In this document: positions 39,001-50,306 of the stretch, one piece after another | Position numbering within the stretch: the first letter of the stretch is position 1 | How the letters are laid out: every line of letters starts with the position of its first letter | Assembly (NCBI RefSeq): GCF_025526975.1 | Contig: NW_026515686.1 | Span: 124,001 to 188,000, forward strand | Source: Fimicolochytrium jonesii | Taxonomy: Eukaryota | Length of the DNA: 64,000 nt | Direction: 5' to 3' | Notes under the pieces: generated by a model | What the model saw: only the letters and a program-made list of their open reading frames with translations | What the model was told of the DNA's origin: nothing | The model's database searches: none | Program-made: the position numbers and the translations under genes

Positions 39001-39572
39001 CCCATCTCACGGACCTGCGCCCCATCTGCACTGACGATCGTCGCGGACATTGTGGTCGTGATATCATCTGTTGCGGGTGACGAGGCCTGCTGGTGGGGCA
39101 GGTCTATGCTATTCGACCCATTCAGCTCGATGATTGGCCCGTCATCGCTCTCCGTCTGCGTCTGCGTCTCTTCGAGACTGCTGTGGGCGGATGACATCGT
39201 CTGGTTCCCTATCGAAACGACGTCGTCGGTGGTCGTATCCACCTCGTCCGTTGCTGGAGACCTACTTCTCGGCCTCCGTTTGACTAGCTTCAAGCCGCGA
39301 CGTAGTGTACTAGGGGACGGCGGTAGGAGAGTGGACGAATCGTCTTCGGGATCCCTTCGGCTTTTAAGGCCTGTGGGAATTTGTATGGATATGATCTCTG
39401 GAGACACCGAATCCCGCGACGCTGGGTCGCACTCGAACGCATTGCGGCCGGCTTGCGGTGCGACATGCTGTTCCTTTAAGCCTCCTGACTGTGAAACTCC
39501 AGTCGGGTCGGTATCGGAGTCTGTGCTATGGCGCCCGTTCAGTCTTGGCCGCCCTTCCCGTTCGTTCTGCAT
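36012..39572 (-). CDS. Large disordered protein with a RING finger followed by a TRAF/SIAH-type Zn finger (putative E3 ligase)
   Basis: 1186-aa ORF; CPLC..CCLTVCCSAC..CPFCR then CKVPGCGWMGTRERLKRHVVTDC; poly-Q tract. Confidence 0.8.
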   Translation of the reverse strand: MQNEREGRPRLNGRHSTDSDTDPTGVSQSGGLKEQHVAPQAGRNAFECDPASRDSVSPEIISIQIPTGLKSRRDPEDDSSTLLPPSPSTLRRGLKLVKRRPRSRSPATDEVDTTTDDVVSIGNQTMSSAHSSLEETQTQTESDDGPIIELNGSNSIDLPHQQASSPATDDITTTMSATIVSADGAQVREMGTFDVQVSDAPDGTSSATVYIPMGDGQTLTAEVTGAHLPSQPEKSVELLLQNGDVVVVTSAATPPLSPPPEMQQTPPLHEQSPASPTTKPAVVASPPFPATSAPLIPPRNYSPRNELGANINKPLPSVAAPAAASSPPASTTPGVSNTPVQSAVPIPVRMASKLPVADIVAGTLPLPLPEKRLPSKPSLFKKKPTAAVAVDMARSQSAEVGLGSPLYANGQTLLQMGHSAPVISTSTDLTLQNIGEASRPEQQLLISGTFDPNGVSAIGAMPQRSPPLANGIILLNRDASTDHVNGSLTLSQTQATDMTLPVSTTSLVVADEAGMLSRTSDCSDDNTPLAALFSTSPPQPTAILPISAPDRVQKPVTLPLLSGLMAPGSTTNHQTAMTLPAPSSRVPPPTSARRGSQTLPRPSPTAVVISPRMSSLANPTREEVNRRRFTYLGGVDLQQHSEGGAVEPFVDEVVDENGHGITEGTPHTITDSGTATPELLLITPPKSIPAANTDVTIAPLTPTDPHLTPRDLATCPLCADVCERAMRVTCCLTVCCSACIWRWLALAQHNTCPFCRAPIAPENVRPAEEVQHLVDRLVVRCKVPGCGWMGTRERLKRHVVTDCRGACDMVVLRKKGSTVRRRSSRASLGRLKLAPPASSAPSSISDIQQQQQQHHTLPHPQQQPQQQQQQPPRRLPLLIPLRSSQPRILFRRLSSAIRPPSNASRFVMPIHASVSVPARIGIPPRISSAAAVSTSGDDAPAGDTQAPPQEGSPDTNLNTTQPTPPISSPQPLTDLISLYTGPPSPSRTQTRTRPASLRRRRNSTASTRSSRSGIGGSVVGSPTILEGDEGEGYVDVDVGDDKAVVSPGGCETPPSPRRARPSSVLSVRFNDANHHHLVGDSGDRSSRNHNAAATTTAKQHRQHTYVRRRHTLALDPRRDYTVLSASSPKRRSVRGVFDLVPPMGVGETGTEKRGDVDVDEGGGGGGGDEVDVWHDCTEADADGNGQ

Positions 39573-39896
39573 GACTGTTGGTCACGTCCCTCCCTTCACC
39601 TTCGACCCCCGACGGTGAGTTCTCCCAGTTGCAGCCAGCGGAGCACCGCAGTTGACACCTTTCGTTTTGCGGGAGCCGCTTCCACTTCTATTTGCGCCTT
39701 GAGGGAGGGAGTATGTTCCCACGCGCTGTACTGCAACTTCCGGGTACCAAGTCTGTAGCGAGTCCAGTGGGAGGGAAAAGGGAGAGCACAAAAACGCGCG
39801 GCGGGAAGAAAGAGAGCGAAAAGGGAACCCGCAACAGCAACAGAGAGCAACGCTTGGAGAACAACGACAGGCAGGCACAGGAAAGGCCCTTGCTGA

Positions 39897-42110
39897 ATGC
39901 CAACAGCCCTCGCTCGCTCTGTCGCTATGGCCGCCACAAAGGACTTGTCCCGCAAGCTCAAGGGCTATGACTTCTACGAGAAAATACTCAAGAGCCCAAA
40001 GCACATTGTCGCGCCTATGGTCGACCAGGTACCGTACGGGAGGGAGGGGGGCGAGGTGTTTCGTCTATGTTGGAGGGTTGAGAGAGAAGGGGTCCCTAAC
40101 AGGGTGTCATCCTTCATATTTTGGTTTCGCCTGTGGTTTTTTTTGCAGTCGGAATACGTAAGTGGGCGGTGACGACGCTTTTCCATTCAGTAGTTTAGTG
40201 GGAGGATATCCGCTAATACCTCCTCTTCTCCACCGCCAGGCCTGGCGCATCCTCTCCAACCGCTACGGCGCGCATCTCTGCTATACCCCGATGCTCCATG
40301 CCCGCCTCTTCTCCTCCCCCGACGGCAAATACAAGCACGAAAACTGGCAGACCGGCCCCCACGACCGGCCCCTCATCGCCCAATTCTGCGCGAACGAGCC
40401 CTCCATCCTCCTCGCCGCCGCGAAGCTCATCGAACACGAATGCGACGCGGTCGATATCAACCTCGGCTGTCCGCAGCATATCGCCAAGCGGGGCCGGTAT
40501 GGCGCGTTCTTGCAGGATGAGTGGGATCTTATTGCCGAGATGGTGAAGACCCTGGATGAGCATTTGGCGGTGCCCGTGACAGTCAAGATTCGCGTGTTCC
40601 CTGAAGTGGAGAAGACGATCCGGTACGCCAAGATGATTGAGGCCGCGGGGGCACAGTTGTTGACGGTGCATGGACGGTTAAGGGAGCAGAAGGGGCATAA
40701 GACGGGACTGGCGGATTGGGAGCAGATTAGGGCGGTGAAGCAGGCGGTGGGGATTCCAGTTTTTGCGAATGGGAATATCTTATACAAGGAAGATATCGAT
40801 CGCTGTTTGGAGGCCACGGGCGCGGATGGGGTTATGACTGCGGGTAAGACCCTTCGTTTCCTCCTCTTCGGCATTCGCATCCTATTTTGACTTACGAATG
40901 GTTTTGAAGAGGGAAACCTATACAACCCAGGCATATTCACCGGAAAGCACTACGCATCCTGGAAACTCGCGGAAGAGGTAACGTAGCATCCCCTGCCCTC
41001 AACCACCCCGCCCGCGCCTTCTAACCCTCACACCTCGCATCTCGCTCCTTGCAGTACCTTGAAATATGCACCTCAATCCCCAACAGCTCCACCGTAAGCG
41101 CCATCCGGGGACATCTTTTCAAAATGTTCAAGCCTTGGTACGCTGCCATCCCCTCCCTCCCTTTTCCCCCTTCCTTTGGCCTTTCGCTCCCAAACTGAAA
41201 CTGTGGTATCTAACCCCCACACGATTATCGTAACAGCCTCCACGAACACCCCGACCTCCGCACCGCCCTCGGCAAAGTCCCCTCCCTCCAAGGAATGATC
41301 GACTGGGTCCAACAAATCAAATCTCGTCTCCTCGTACGTCCGCCATTCCCCACCTCCCCACCTCCCCACCACCATCTAACACCCCCACTCCATCCCCCCC
41401 GGGGCTCCACAGAAAGTCTCCCCCGAAGAAGTCTACACCCCCCCCTACACCCTCTCCCCCGCCGGCTACCGGGTCCTCCCCACATGGTGCCTGCAACCCT
41501 ACTTCCGCGTCGACGGCACGCTCAAGAACGCCGACGCGCCCGACCGCCTCGACGAGGAGAGTAAGCAGACGACCATCCAGGCGGAGGAGCTGAGTAGGGA
41601 TGAGGAGGTCATTGCGGTTCATGACGGGAATGCGGACGCGGAGGGCGAGGGCGAGGGCGAGCAGCAGGCGAAGAACGCACGCAAACGCGGTCTGGACCCG
41701 GAACCGGGGGATAAGAATAAGGGTGCGTTTTAAACCATTCTCGTGGTGTGTGAGGTCCGTTCCCCCTTCACACTCACACACACCCATCTGACTCGCTTGT
41801 GGTTTCAAACGGGGTATTAGCCCGCCGCACCACAAAAAAACCCGCACCGAAACACCCGATCTGCACATCCGCAACCTGCGCCAACGTCGCCTCGCTCAAA
41901 TGCGCGTTCGGGTTCTGTAAAGGCTGTTGTCGGAGTCTCGGGCCTGGCATGGATCGAGCGACGAGCGGGGCCGGTGATGCCGCTGCGGTGCCCGTGCCCG
42001 TGGGGGATAAGGGTCAGGGGGCGGAGGGTGAGGGGGAGAAGAAGGAGGCGGTGGTGGTATGTACAGCGCACGGAACGAAGAAAGCGGTAGAGCCGGCCGA
42101 GGCTGTTTAG
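39897..42110 (+). CDS. DUS1: tRNA-dihydrouridine(16/17) synthase with C-terminal Cys-rich finger
   Basis: [59 protein letters not shown]-terminal C..C..C..CKGCC..CTAH. Confidence 0.95.
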
Positions 42111-42607
42111 ATGTAGATACAAGGGGGGGAAAATCATCCATTTTGGGGAGGCTGCGTTAAAGTGTAGGTCGTAGTGTAGTTATTTATTTATATTTTTTTT
42201 GCGTAGAGAGGAAATGGAAGAGCCAAGTCTAGCACGGTTGCATCTTTCCCATTGGGGGACGGATATAATACGCCTATGGATGCTGTTTGAGTCCACGCTG
42301 CTGTGTAATCTATCTACGGTCTTTCTACCTATGTGTCTGCGGAATGGCTGTGAAGCGAGATCTGGGTGTTTGACCGTCGGTGTGTTGAGTCGAGGACGGA
42401 ACGTGATTGAGAGGTAACGATCTCGTCAGGCGGATGTCACTGCGTCCTCCATCCATCGTCGCTCGGACCCCCTTGACCCGATACGAGTTCGTTCATATCT
42501 CAGGATGTGTAATGATGTCCATACCACACCCTCCCGCACCCGTCTCACCAGACCAACCAATGTCACTCAAAAGATCGGAAATCAAGCAGGGGGGCATGTG
42601 TCCTCTC

Positions 42608-43943
42608 CTAGGACAGATCGGCAACAAAGCATTTAGGGTCATGTTGTCGGTCTAGGAATGTGTCGACAGGTAGTCCGACTTTCCAGTCGATATGCCCGGC
42701 GCCGAGGAACATGATGGGTGGCTAACGGAAAACCCAAAAGCAAGATCAATCACCACACCCATCACCACACACGTATTACACAGAGAGCGGAACTTACATC
42801 CAATTTAGTGATATTCTCCGTAAGGATGATCGGCACCCTTTGCAGCATCCCGAATGGACACACGCCGCCCTTTTCGAACCCGGTCAAGGCCTCGTTGCTG
42901 GACTCGGAGGCGACGCGCATGTTGAAGTTTTTGCGGGGTTGTTCGCGGCCTTCTATATGTATATGATGAAATGAAAGGAGTGTAGGTAGGAGAATGGAGG
43001 AGAATGGGTGGTCCGGCTCTGATAATGGAGAACTTTGAATCCTCGGCGATTGTCTCGCGATCGCTCGCAGGAACGATTGGGGCGAGCGAGAACCTAGGAT
43101 GCTGCAATTATGGCCCGCGTAAACGACCGCGGATGGTCACTGCGGCTGCTGGCATCAGATGCGTTTCGTCCTCGCCGGCTCTGCGTGCATCCCCGCTCGT
43201 CATCAAGCCACCCTCAACACCATCCCCTCACGCCCGTAACCTTCCGTCCCGCCCCCCCTCTCACTCCCAAAACTCACCCTTATTCAACCCCCCACTCAAC
43301 CCCTTCACGAAATTCCCCAATCTCTGCGCATTCAATTTATCCGTATATTGTACACACACGGCATAAAACCGCGAATAAAGCGGGTTCAGCTCGTTTACAC
43401 CGTCGACCGGTTTGTATTTCGTGTTTTCGAATAGGATTGTTTTGCAGAGGTGGGAGGGGGAGGGTGCTGCGAGGCGGGTGCTGGGAGATCGAAAGGAGGG
43501 AGAATGTGAGCTTTTTGAGCATATGCTGGGATATACAGGTAGTGACGATGTACTGTACGTACGCCCGCTTCTCCAAAGGCCAGTCATAATAATCGCTTTC
43601 GACATGTACGAATCGGGCGACGTCGCGTAAATTCAGCGCTTTTAATCCTGCTTCTACCTGTAAGAATCGCGTCGGGGATTTTAACGTTTATTGGGTTGCA
43701 TGAGGTGATACTACTGTGCGAGACTCTTACGCGCAGGACGCCGGCGGGAGCGTCTGGTGGAAGTGTTTCGGTGCGTGGAAGCTGCAGGTGGGTCTGGCGG
43801 TTGGTTGTTGTGTCGAGGGATGGGCTGGGTGTGGATGCGGGGGGTGTGGCGTCGGTTTCTCCTTGCTGCGGTGGTGGTTGAGGGAGACCTTCCTCCGTCG
43901 TCGGTGGGTCGTTGTGGTGGGTGTCTTCTGCGGTAGGCATCAT
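42608..43943 (-). CDS. Stand-alone YbaK/aminoacyl-tRNA editing-domain protein
   Basis: Spliced: DYYDWPLEKRA|TRLAAPSPSHLCKTILFEN..FYAVCVQY..|FNMRVA..LTGFEKGGVCPFGM..PIIL..|IFLGAGHIDWKVG. Confidence 0.8.
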
Positions 43944-44239
43944 TGCCTGGGGGGCTGCTGGTCGCCGTGGGAAAAAGCAACATGGGACGTCGAAGCAAGC
44001 AAGTAGTATTAGATGCCAGCCTCGCCAGGAGTCGTCAGCGCGCGTGTCTCGCTCTCAGTCTCTCTCCGGTTTCCGCGCCCTTCGGAACTGGGCTTGCAAG
44101 TTGCAAGGAAAACAACACCCCGCAACAACTGCAACACTGACTCCAACGGACTGCGACCGACGACAGCTACCCCCCCCGCCAACCAACGACAACCTTGCAC
44201 ATCCGCCCCACTTCCGCCCGCCCCCCACGAGCCCCCACA

Positions 44240-46157
44240 ATGGGCCCCCAACCCCTCGGCCTCACCCGCCGTCTCCCCTCCCCAACCTCCCTCCGCCGCC
44301 CCCTCATCATCCTCACCCTCCCCTTCCTCCTCTTCACCTCCGTCCTCCTCTTCGAACAAGGCCGTTGGCTATGGCACAGGCAGCGGAGACTCAAGGAACT
44401 CCAAGCCCGTTGGAGCGAATCCGACTCGATACAACTCGATGACCTCGACACCGACGAAGGACTGGAACCAGCCAACCCCGATGAGACACGGCAGGCGGTC
44501 GCAATAACGAGGGGTGGTGGCGGATACATGAAGAGGATATACACGAGCTTGAGCTTTGCGGGGAGATTTGTCAATCCGTTTTGGGAGTGGAGGGATAAGA
44601 ATGCGACGAATGTGTGGGAGTATTTGAGGTGGCAGTTGACGCGGAAAAATAGGAATGGGGTGCCGGGGGATGAGGTGAGTGAGTGAGTTAGGAGGGAGTG
44701 TGGGTGCGAGTGGAGTGAGGGAAGGCGTGAGCGGAGCGAGCGAAGGTCTTCGAGAGCAAAGGAGCGTGGGCGAAGCGAGTTCCTTGCGCCCAAGGCGCAA
44801 TACCCCTAAGCATGGCTATTAGCGAGCCTCAGCGAGCGAAGCGTGCACTTTCTGCCCTCCGCCAACCCAATATTCCCGTCGCGAGCGGAGCGAGCAGGGC
44901 ATCGTTTCATCCATCAACCATCAACCAACCGTCCATCGCTTCGCTTACACATTCATTCCCTTTTAGGTATTGGCACAGACGTTACCAGTCACAACGCCCG
45001 ATTTCCACCTGCTCAACACCTTCCACACCCTCCCGCCCCCCTCGGACTCCACCACCCCTCACATGACAGTAACCTGGTTCGGCCAATCGACCTGCCTCGT
45101 CCAAATGGACGGCTACAACATCCTTACGGACCCGATCTTCAGCACGCGCACAATCGGCAGCTGGTTCGGGCCCAAACGGTTACGGCCGCCACCGTGTAAA
45201 TTGAGTGAGCTGCCGAGGGTGGATATTGTGCTGGTTAGCCATGATCATTATGATCATTTGGGTATGTTGATTGGAGTGAGGGAGTGAGTGCATATTTTGG
45301 GGATGTGGCTTGATGGGAACTGATGCTTTTTTCGTATAGATCGCGCGGTGGTGAAGGAGTTGGGCAACTCGGTGACATGGTATGTCCCGTTGGGGCTTAG
45401 GGGATGGTTTAACGGGCACGGCGTCACCAATGTAAGTCACCCAAGCGAGTCGCTCAAAACTGCGCTGTTTATACCCACACTGGCAAAACTAAGCCCCACC
45501 CCTTCCCTCTCCAGGTAATCGAACTTGACTGGTGGCAAGAACACACCCACACCTCTGTCTCCCCCACACAACCCACCCTCCTAATAGCCTCCACCCCAAC
45601 CCAACACTGGTCCGGCCGCCACTTCTTCGACGTCAACCGCTCCCTCTGGTCCTCCTTCATCGTCAAAGGACCCAGAGAATCGCTGTTTCATTGTGGGGAT
45701 ACGGGCTACTGTGGCGTTTTCAAAGAGATCGGGAGGAAATATGGGGAGGTGGGGTTGGCCCTTTTGCGTGAGTATTTTACGTGTTTTCGTTCATATTCGC
45801 CGAACTGTCGTCATGTCTCGTTTTCTGATCTTATCTTCTGATTTTCCTGGTCTTTTTTTTATAGCGATTGGAGCCTACGAACCCCGCCACGTCCTCCACC
45901 ACCAACACATCTCCCCCTCCGAGGCCCTGCAAATTCACACAGAGATCAACGCGACACATACCGTCGGCGTGCACTGGGGAACCTTCATGATGTCCGATGA
46001 GCATTACCTAGATCCGCCAAAAGTTTTGGAGGAGGGGAGGAGGGAGAGGGGATTGAGGGTGGGGAGTGTTGGGGTTGTTGGGTTGGGAAGGACGGTGAGG
46101 GTTGGAGGGGGGATGTTTTGTGCGGATGTACCGGCGGAGCAGTCTATACCAAGCTGA
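44240..46157 (+). CDS. NAPEPLD: N-acyl-phosphatidylethanolamine phospholipase D (metallo-beta-lactamase fold; FMP30-like)
   Basis: GRFVNPF; TWFGQST; NILTDPIFS; SHDHYDHL; TPTQHWSGR; GDTGY; IGAYEPR; VHWGTF. Confidence 0.92.
44728..44910 (+). repeat. Intronic GAGC-repeat/hairpin element, copy B (NAPE-PLD intron 1, 44675-44966)
   Basis: Colinear with 1787-2013; perfect hairpin TTGCGCC-CAA-GGCGCAA at 44784-44800. Confidence 0.75.
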
Positions 46158-46514
46158 TGAGGGGAGATGGAGAACTTGGACGTCTGTGCCTGAGCGGGAG
46201 GGGGGGAGTGTGGGTACGGGACAGTAGAGGGATGTATGTATGTGCGTATGTAGGTAGGTGTCGGTCACTTGTTGATAGAGGGATAGATAGTGGAGGAGGT
46301 TCATTGGGCGTACATAGCATGCGGAAGGCTTTTAGGTAGAACACATCACATAACATGATATTTATTCGGGCAATTCAATAGATGTTCTCCATTCTCAGTT
46401 TAATGTGCGCTGGTGTATGACGTTCGAACGATGGTCCGTACACGCATAGAACGTTTCCTCGACTGTACTAGCCGACCCACGTCCCCATATCCCCCCACGT
46501 CTATCGTTCTTGTT

Positions 46515-49500
46515 CTAACTCCCAAATTGCTTCGACCGATGAACCTGTCTCCTGAACCGCACCCCGATCTGCTCCAGCACGTGCGGCGGTACCCGCAGCG
46601 ATGCGGATTCGCAGTCTTGGAGGGAGAGTTTTACTGCGTTCATTAGGTTGTTTGAGCTAGTGGAGACAGAGGGGGGGTGTTGGGTGGTGTTAGTGTTAGG
46701 ATTGGACTGGGGCCTGTGAAGCGAAACATATGGGCAGACACAGGGAAGGGGGGAAAGGATCACTCACCAAGCAATCAACAACCGATCCTGATCCCTATCC
46801 CCCGGCGCACTCGCCTTCACCGCCGCCACGATCCTCAACTGCTGCCCGAGCGTCTGCACGCGATCCAGGGTCCCCAACAACGTGGCCCTCAGCCTCTTAT
46901 CCGGACACACACCCACCACGACGCCCGCGGCTTTCGCGACATTCGCGGCCTCCACGCCTATCTGCCCCGCGGCGGCTATAAACTCCTTCTTTGTGGATGG
47001 GTGGGGCGAGAGGCGGAGATTGGTGTGGTGGGTCGACAGCGACGACAGGGAGGCGGACATGTGGGTGATGGCGGTGATGATCGGGTTCTGTGCCGCGGAG
47101 AAGTGTGACGAGGCGACCAGGAGTTCCTGCGCGGCGGCTTTGATGGGGGCCGCAGCGGCTTCTTCGGAGCTCAAAAGCAGGGGTTGCGGGGCGTTGACGA
47201 TGAGATCCCCGCCGTCGTCGGACTCGTCATCGGCTTCCGCGACCACGTCCAGGGACGCCGCGGACCGCCAGAGAGAGGATTTGTACGCCGCGGCCCGGTC
47301 GCGCATGGTGACGGCGTCCATCGCGTCGGTCATCTCCTGCGCGCGCTGTCGGAGTTCGGCGCCGATGTTGTCTTCGGAGGCGTCGATCGTGTCCGTGCTG
47401 CCCCTGCGTTCCGCGGTGGAGGTGGTAATTGTTAGCGGAGGCGGGCGGGCCGTCAGGTCGTCCCCCGGGGCACCTTTGTGGGCGCGGAGGAAGGAGGTGA
47501 AGTCGGTGAGGGAGGTGGTGAGGTGGGAGACGATGGAGGCGAGCTCCGAGGCGGCGTCGAGCGGGTAGGCGTCGTGGAGGCCGAGGAGGAGTGTGGCGGA
47601 GTTGAGGAGGTCTGGGATGCCTGATGAAAATTCACAATATATTTGTTTCGTCAATACCGTTATCATCTCAGCCTTCTTTTGAATTCATCGTAGGTGTACT
47701 TTACCACTCTGAATAACATGGATCTTCCCCTCCAATTCCTCGCGATAGGCCGGGTCAGCGGTCCCCTCGACCTCCTTCTGCGCGACAGCGATAAACTGCT
47801 GTGCGGAACTGACGAGCAGCGCGGCATGTTCGTGGGTCGCAATCACATTGCCTTGGGCGACAACGGTCGCGAGGCTGCGGGCATGGTGTTCAAAGCCGCT
47901 TTCTATTACCCGGAAAAAGAAAAGAGTGTCGTCAGAAAACCTGGTCCGCAGCTTGGCATATCCAGCCAAATTTCTGCAGATACTCACTACTCCCCGAAAT
48001 CAACTCCTCAGCCTCAAACACCCCCTCCTGCCCAATAACGACCCTCCGAATCTCCCCCACCGCCTCCTCCCACGCCTTCGCAACACCCGCATAATGCTCC
48101 TTCGTCAACACATCCGCCGGGTTCTCCGCCAACATCTTCGCGGCGCCAATGTAGGCCGTACTGAGCCCCTTAATCCTATCCCTCGCGATCCGCAATTCCT
48201 GCGTCGTCTGCGGGTCCGACGCGCTGATCTTCTCCATCGCTTCGGTGACAATGTGTTCGAGGGCGGTGGTTTCGGCCGCGAAGGCCGGGAGGGACTCGGT
48301 GAGAGGGTGTGGATCACCGACGGACGCGGCGGCGTGGATTCGGTTGATGACGGTGCCTTTTGCATCGCGGCTGGAGATGTTGCCAATGATACTGCCGGCG
48401 TCGCTGATGACGGCGCGGTTGAGGGCGGTTTGGAGAGCTGTGGTGCGGTCGTTGAGGGTGTCGATGTTTTGGCGGGTGGCGAGTTGGGCTTGGGAGTGTT
48501 GCTCGCGTGCGTCTGCGTCGTCGTTGGAGAGGTTTTGAATGGATTTGGCGGCGAGGCTGGGGAGGGTCTTTTGCGCCTGTTCAATCTCTTGGCAGATTTC
48601 GTTTATTTGGGCTCGTTGCACTGAGTCCCGGACTTTTTCGCCCACGTCTGTTATTTTGAGGGAGATGGAGATGTGAGTGAGGTGCATAACATTGAGGGAG
48701 GACGGGGAGTTGGTACATACCATGGGCATGATCCACAATCGCAGCCGTAGCCTTCAAATGACTCTCCACAGCCTTCTGCACCTCCAGCCTATCATTCTCC
48801 TCCATCACCCCGCCCCCAAGCGCCCTAACAACCTTCGGCAGAATCTCCTCCCTGAGCGCCTTGCTAACCTTCCCATAATCGCCAACACCCACGACTGCAT
48901 GCCCCTCATCCTCCGTCGTAAACTGCACCACAATCTCAATCTCCCCGACCGCGTCCGTCAGCCGATCACACGTATCCACAATCGACTGTTTCGCCGCCTC
49001 GCTCCCCGGATTCGTCAAGCTCAACTTGCACGCGTTGATCAGCACGGGCGACTCTTTCGTGATGCTGCCTATCGCGGCGCGCAAGCGGGTCTGCAGAACG
49101 AGGTACAGCAGTTCGGCGACGCGTTTGTTGGTGAGCTGCGCGAGCACGACGATGGTCTGTGAAGCCTGCGCGATGGTCTGCACGTACGCTTGGGTGCCTT
49201 CGGGCGGTGGGGAGCCTTTGGCGATGGAGGTTAGGAAAGTGCGGAGGAGGCTGCAGGCGTTGAGGATTTTGCGTACTTCGGCGTCGTCGAAGACGGAGAG
49301 CACCTGTGCGGTTGCGGAGAGGATGCCTTTGACGGATTCGAGGAGGTCGCGGCGGCCTGAGGCGGAGTACGGATCGGTGACGAGATCGCCGGTGGAGGAG
49401 ACTAGGAGCTGGGCGGCCTTTGTAACTGTATGGGGGAATAGACGTGATGTTAGTTGAATAAATCCAAAAAAAAAGTGTTTATCCAAATGCACAGGCAGTT

Positions 49501-49757
49501 TCAAACTTCAGTAGTTACGCACCATCGGCACACGCCCTGGGCATATCCGCCTTCAACTGAGCATCCGCGCTCGGCTGCGCCTCGATCTTCCTGCCCACGC
49601 CGACCAGGTTGGCGATCTGCGCCTCCACTCCCGCCGCGAGCGGGGAGAGATTAGGCATAGGGGTGCCTTCGGTCTCGGCATCGGATACGATTACGATGAG
49701 GGATGAGACGGCGTCGGCGAGCGGCGCTAGCACCGCTTTGCTGGTGTTTGTGTGCAT
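46515..49757 (-). CDS. Vinculin/alpha-catenin family protein (~930 aa)
   Basis: N-terminus MHTNTSKAVLAPLADAVSSL..MPNLS..NLVGVG..LKADMPRA..DPYSASGRRDLLESVKGIL..FDDAEVRKI; tail CPDKRLRATLL..LGQQLRIVAAVKA..NLMNAVK..CESASLR; 6 exons. Confidence 0.92.
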
Positions 49758-50306
49758 GGTCCTGAGTTGCGGTGTTGTGTAGCCTATGCGGAGATGCTCT
49801 GTGGGGAATGTAAGGAGTGAGCAGCTCCAGAGGGCCAATGAACCTGTTGATGAGGAGGAGGCTGGATGGTTGCGGCTGTAATTCTGTTTTTCAGCGCTAA
49901 GGAAGGGTTGGCCGTGCAACTTGGAAAAAGTGCCGTCCAGATGGAACTCGGCGCCAAATGCGACAGCGCGTAGCTCCGCCCAGTGACGCGTTGTGTCGGT
50001 TTTCTTTCGGAGAAACGCGCAACAGAACGAAGATACGGCAGCCGTGGACATCATTGAGATCTGCTTCAACATATGGGCATGTGAGAACGGGCCGCAAGCA
50101 ACTTCACACAACTTTAGGTAAAAGAATGATGCGATCTAGGAGGTGGGATAAGACGCACGGACATTTCCTTGTGCCATATTATGTCAATGTCCAAATCCCG
50201 ACTAAGCCCGGTACATGCTTTATAGAAAAAGGCGTCCGTGAAACAGGATACCTGTCCCGCAAGCCATCCCACCAGAGAGCGCCGTCAACCTCCCTTCCCC
50301 CCCAAC

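Noticed and set aside
2689..40148. Several stop-free 3n introns (2689-2760, 5764-5829, 16657-16728, 21046-21114, 28986-29081, 40029-40148)
   Set aside because: With many short GC-rich introns this number is plausibly chance; no excess can be shown by eye.
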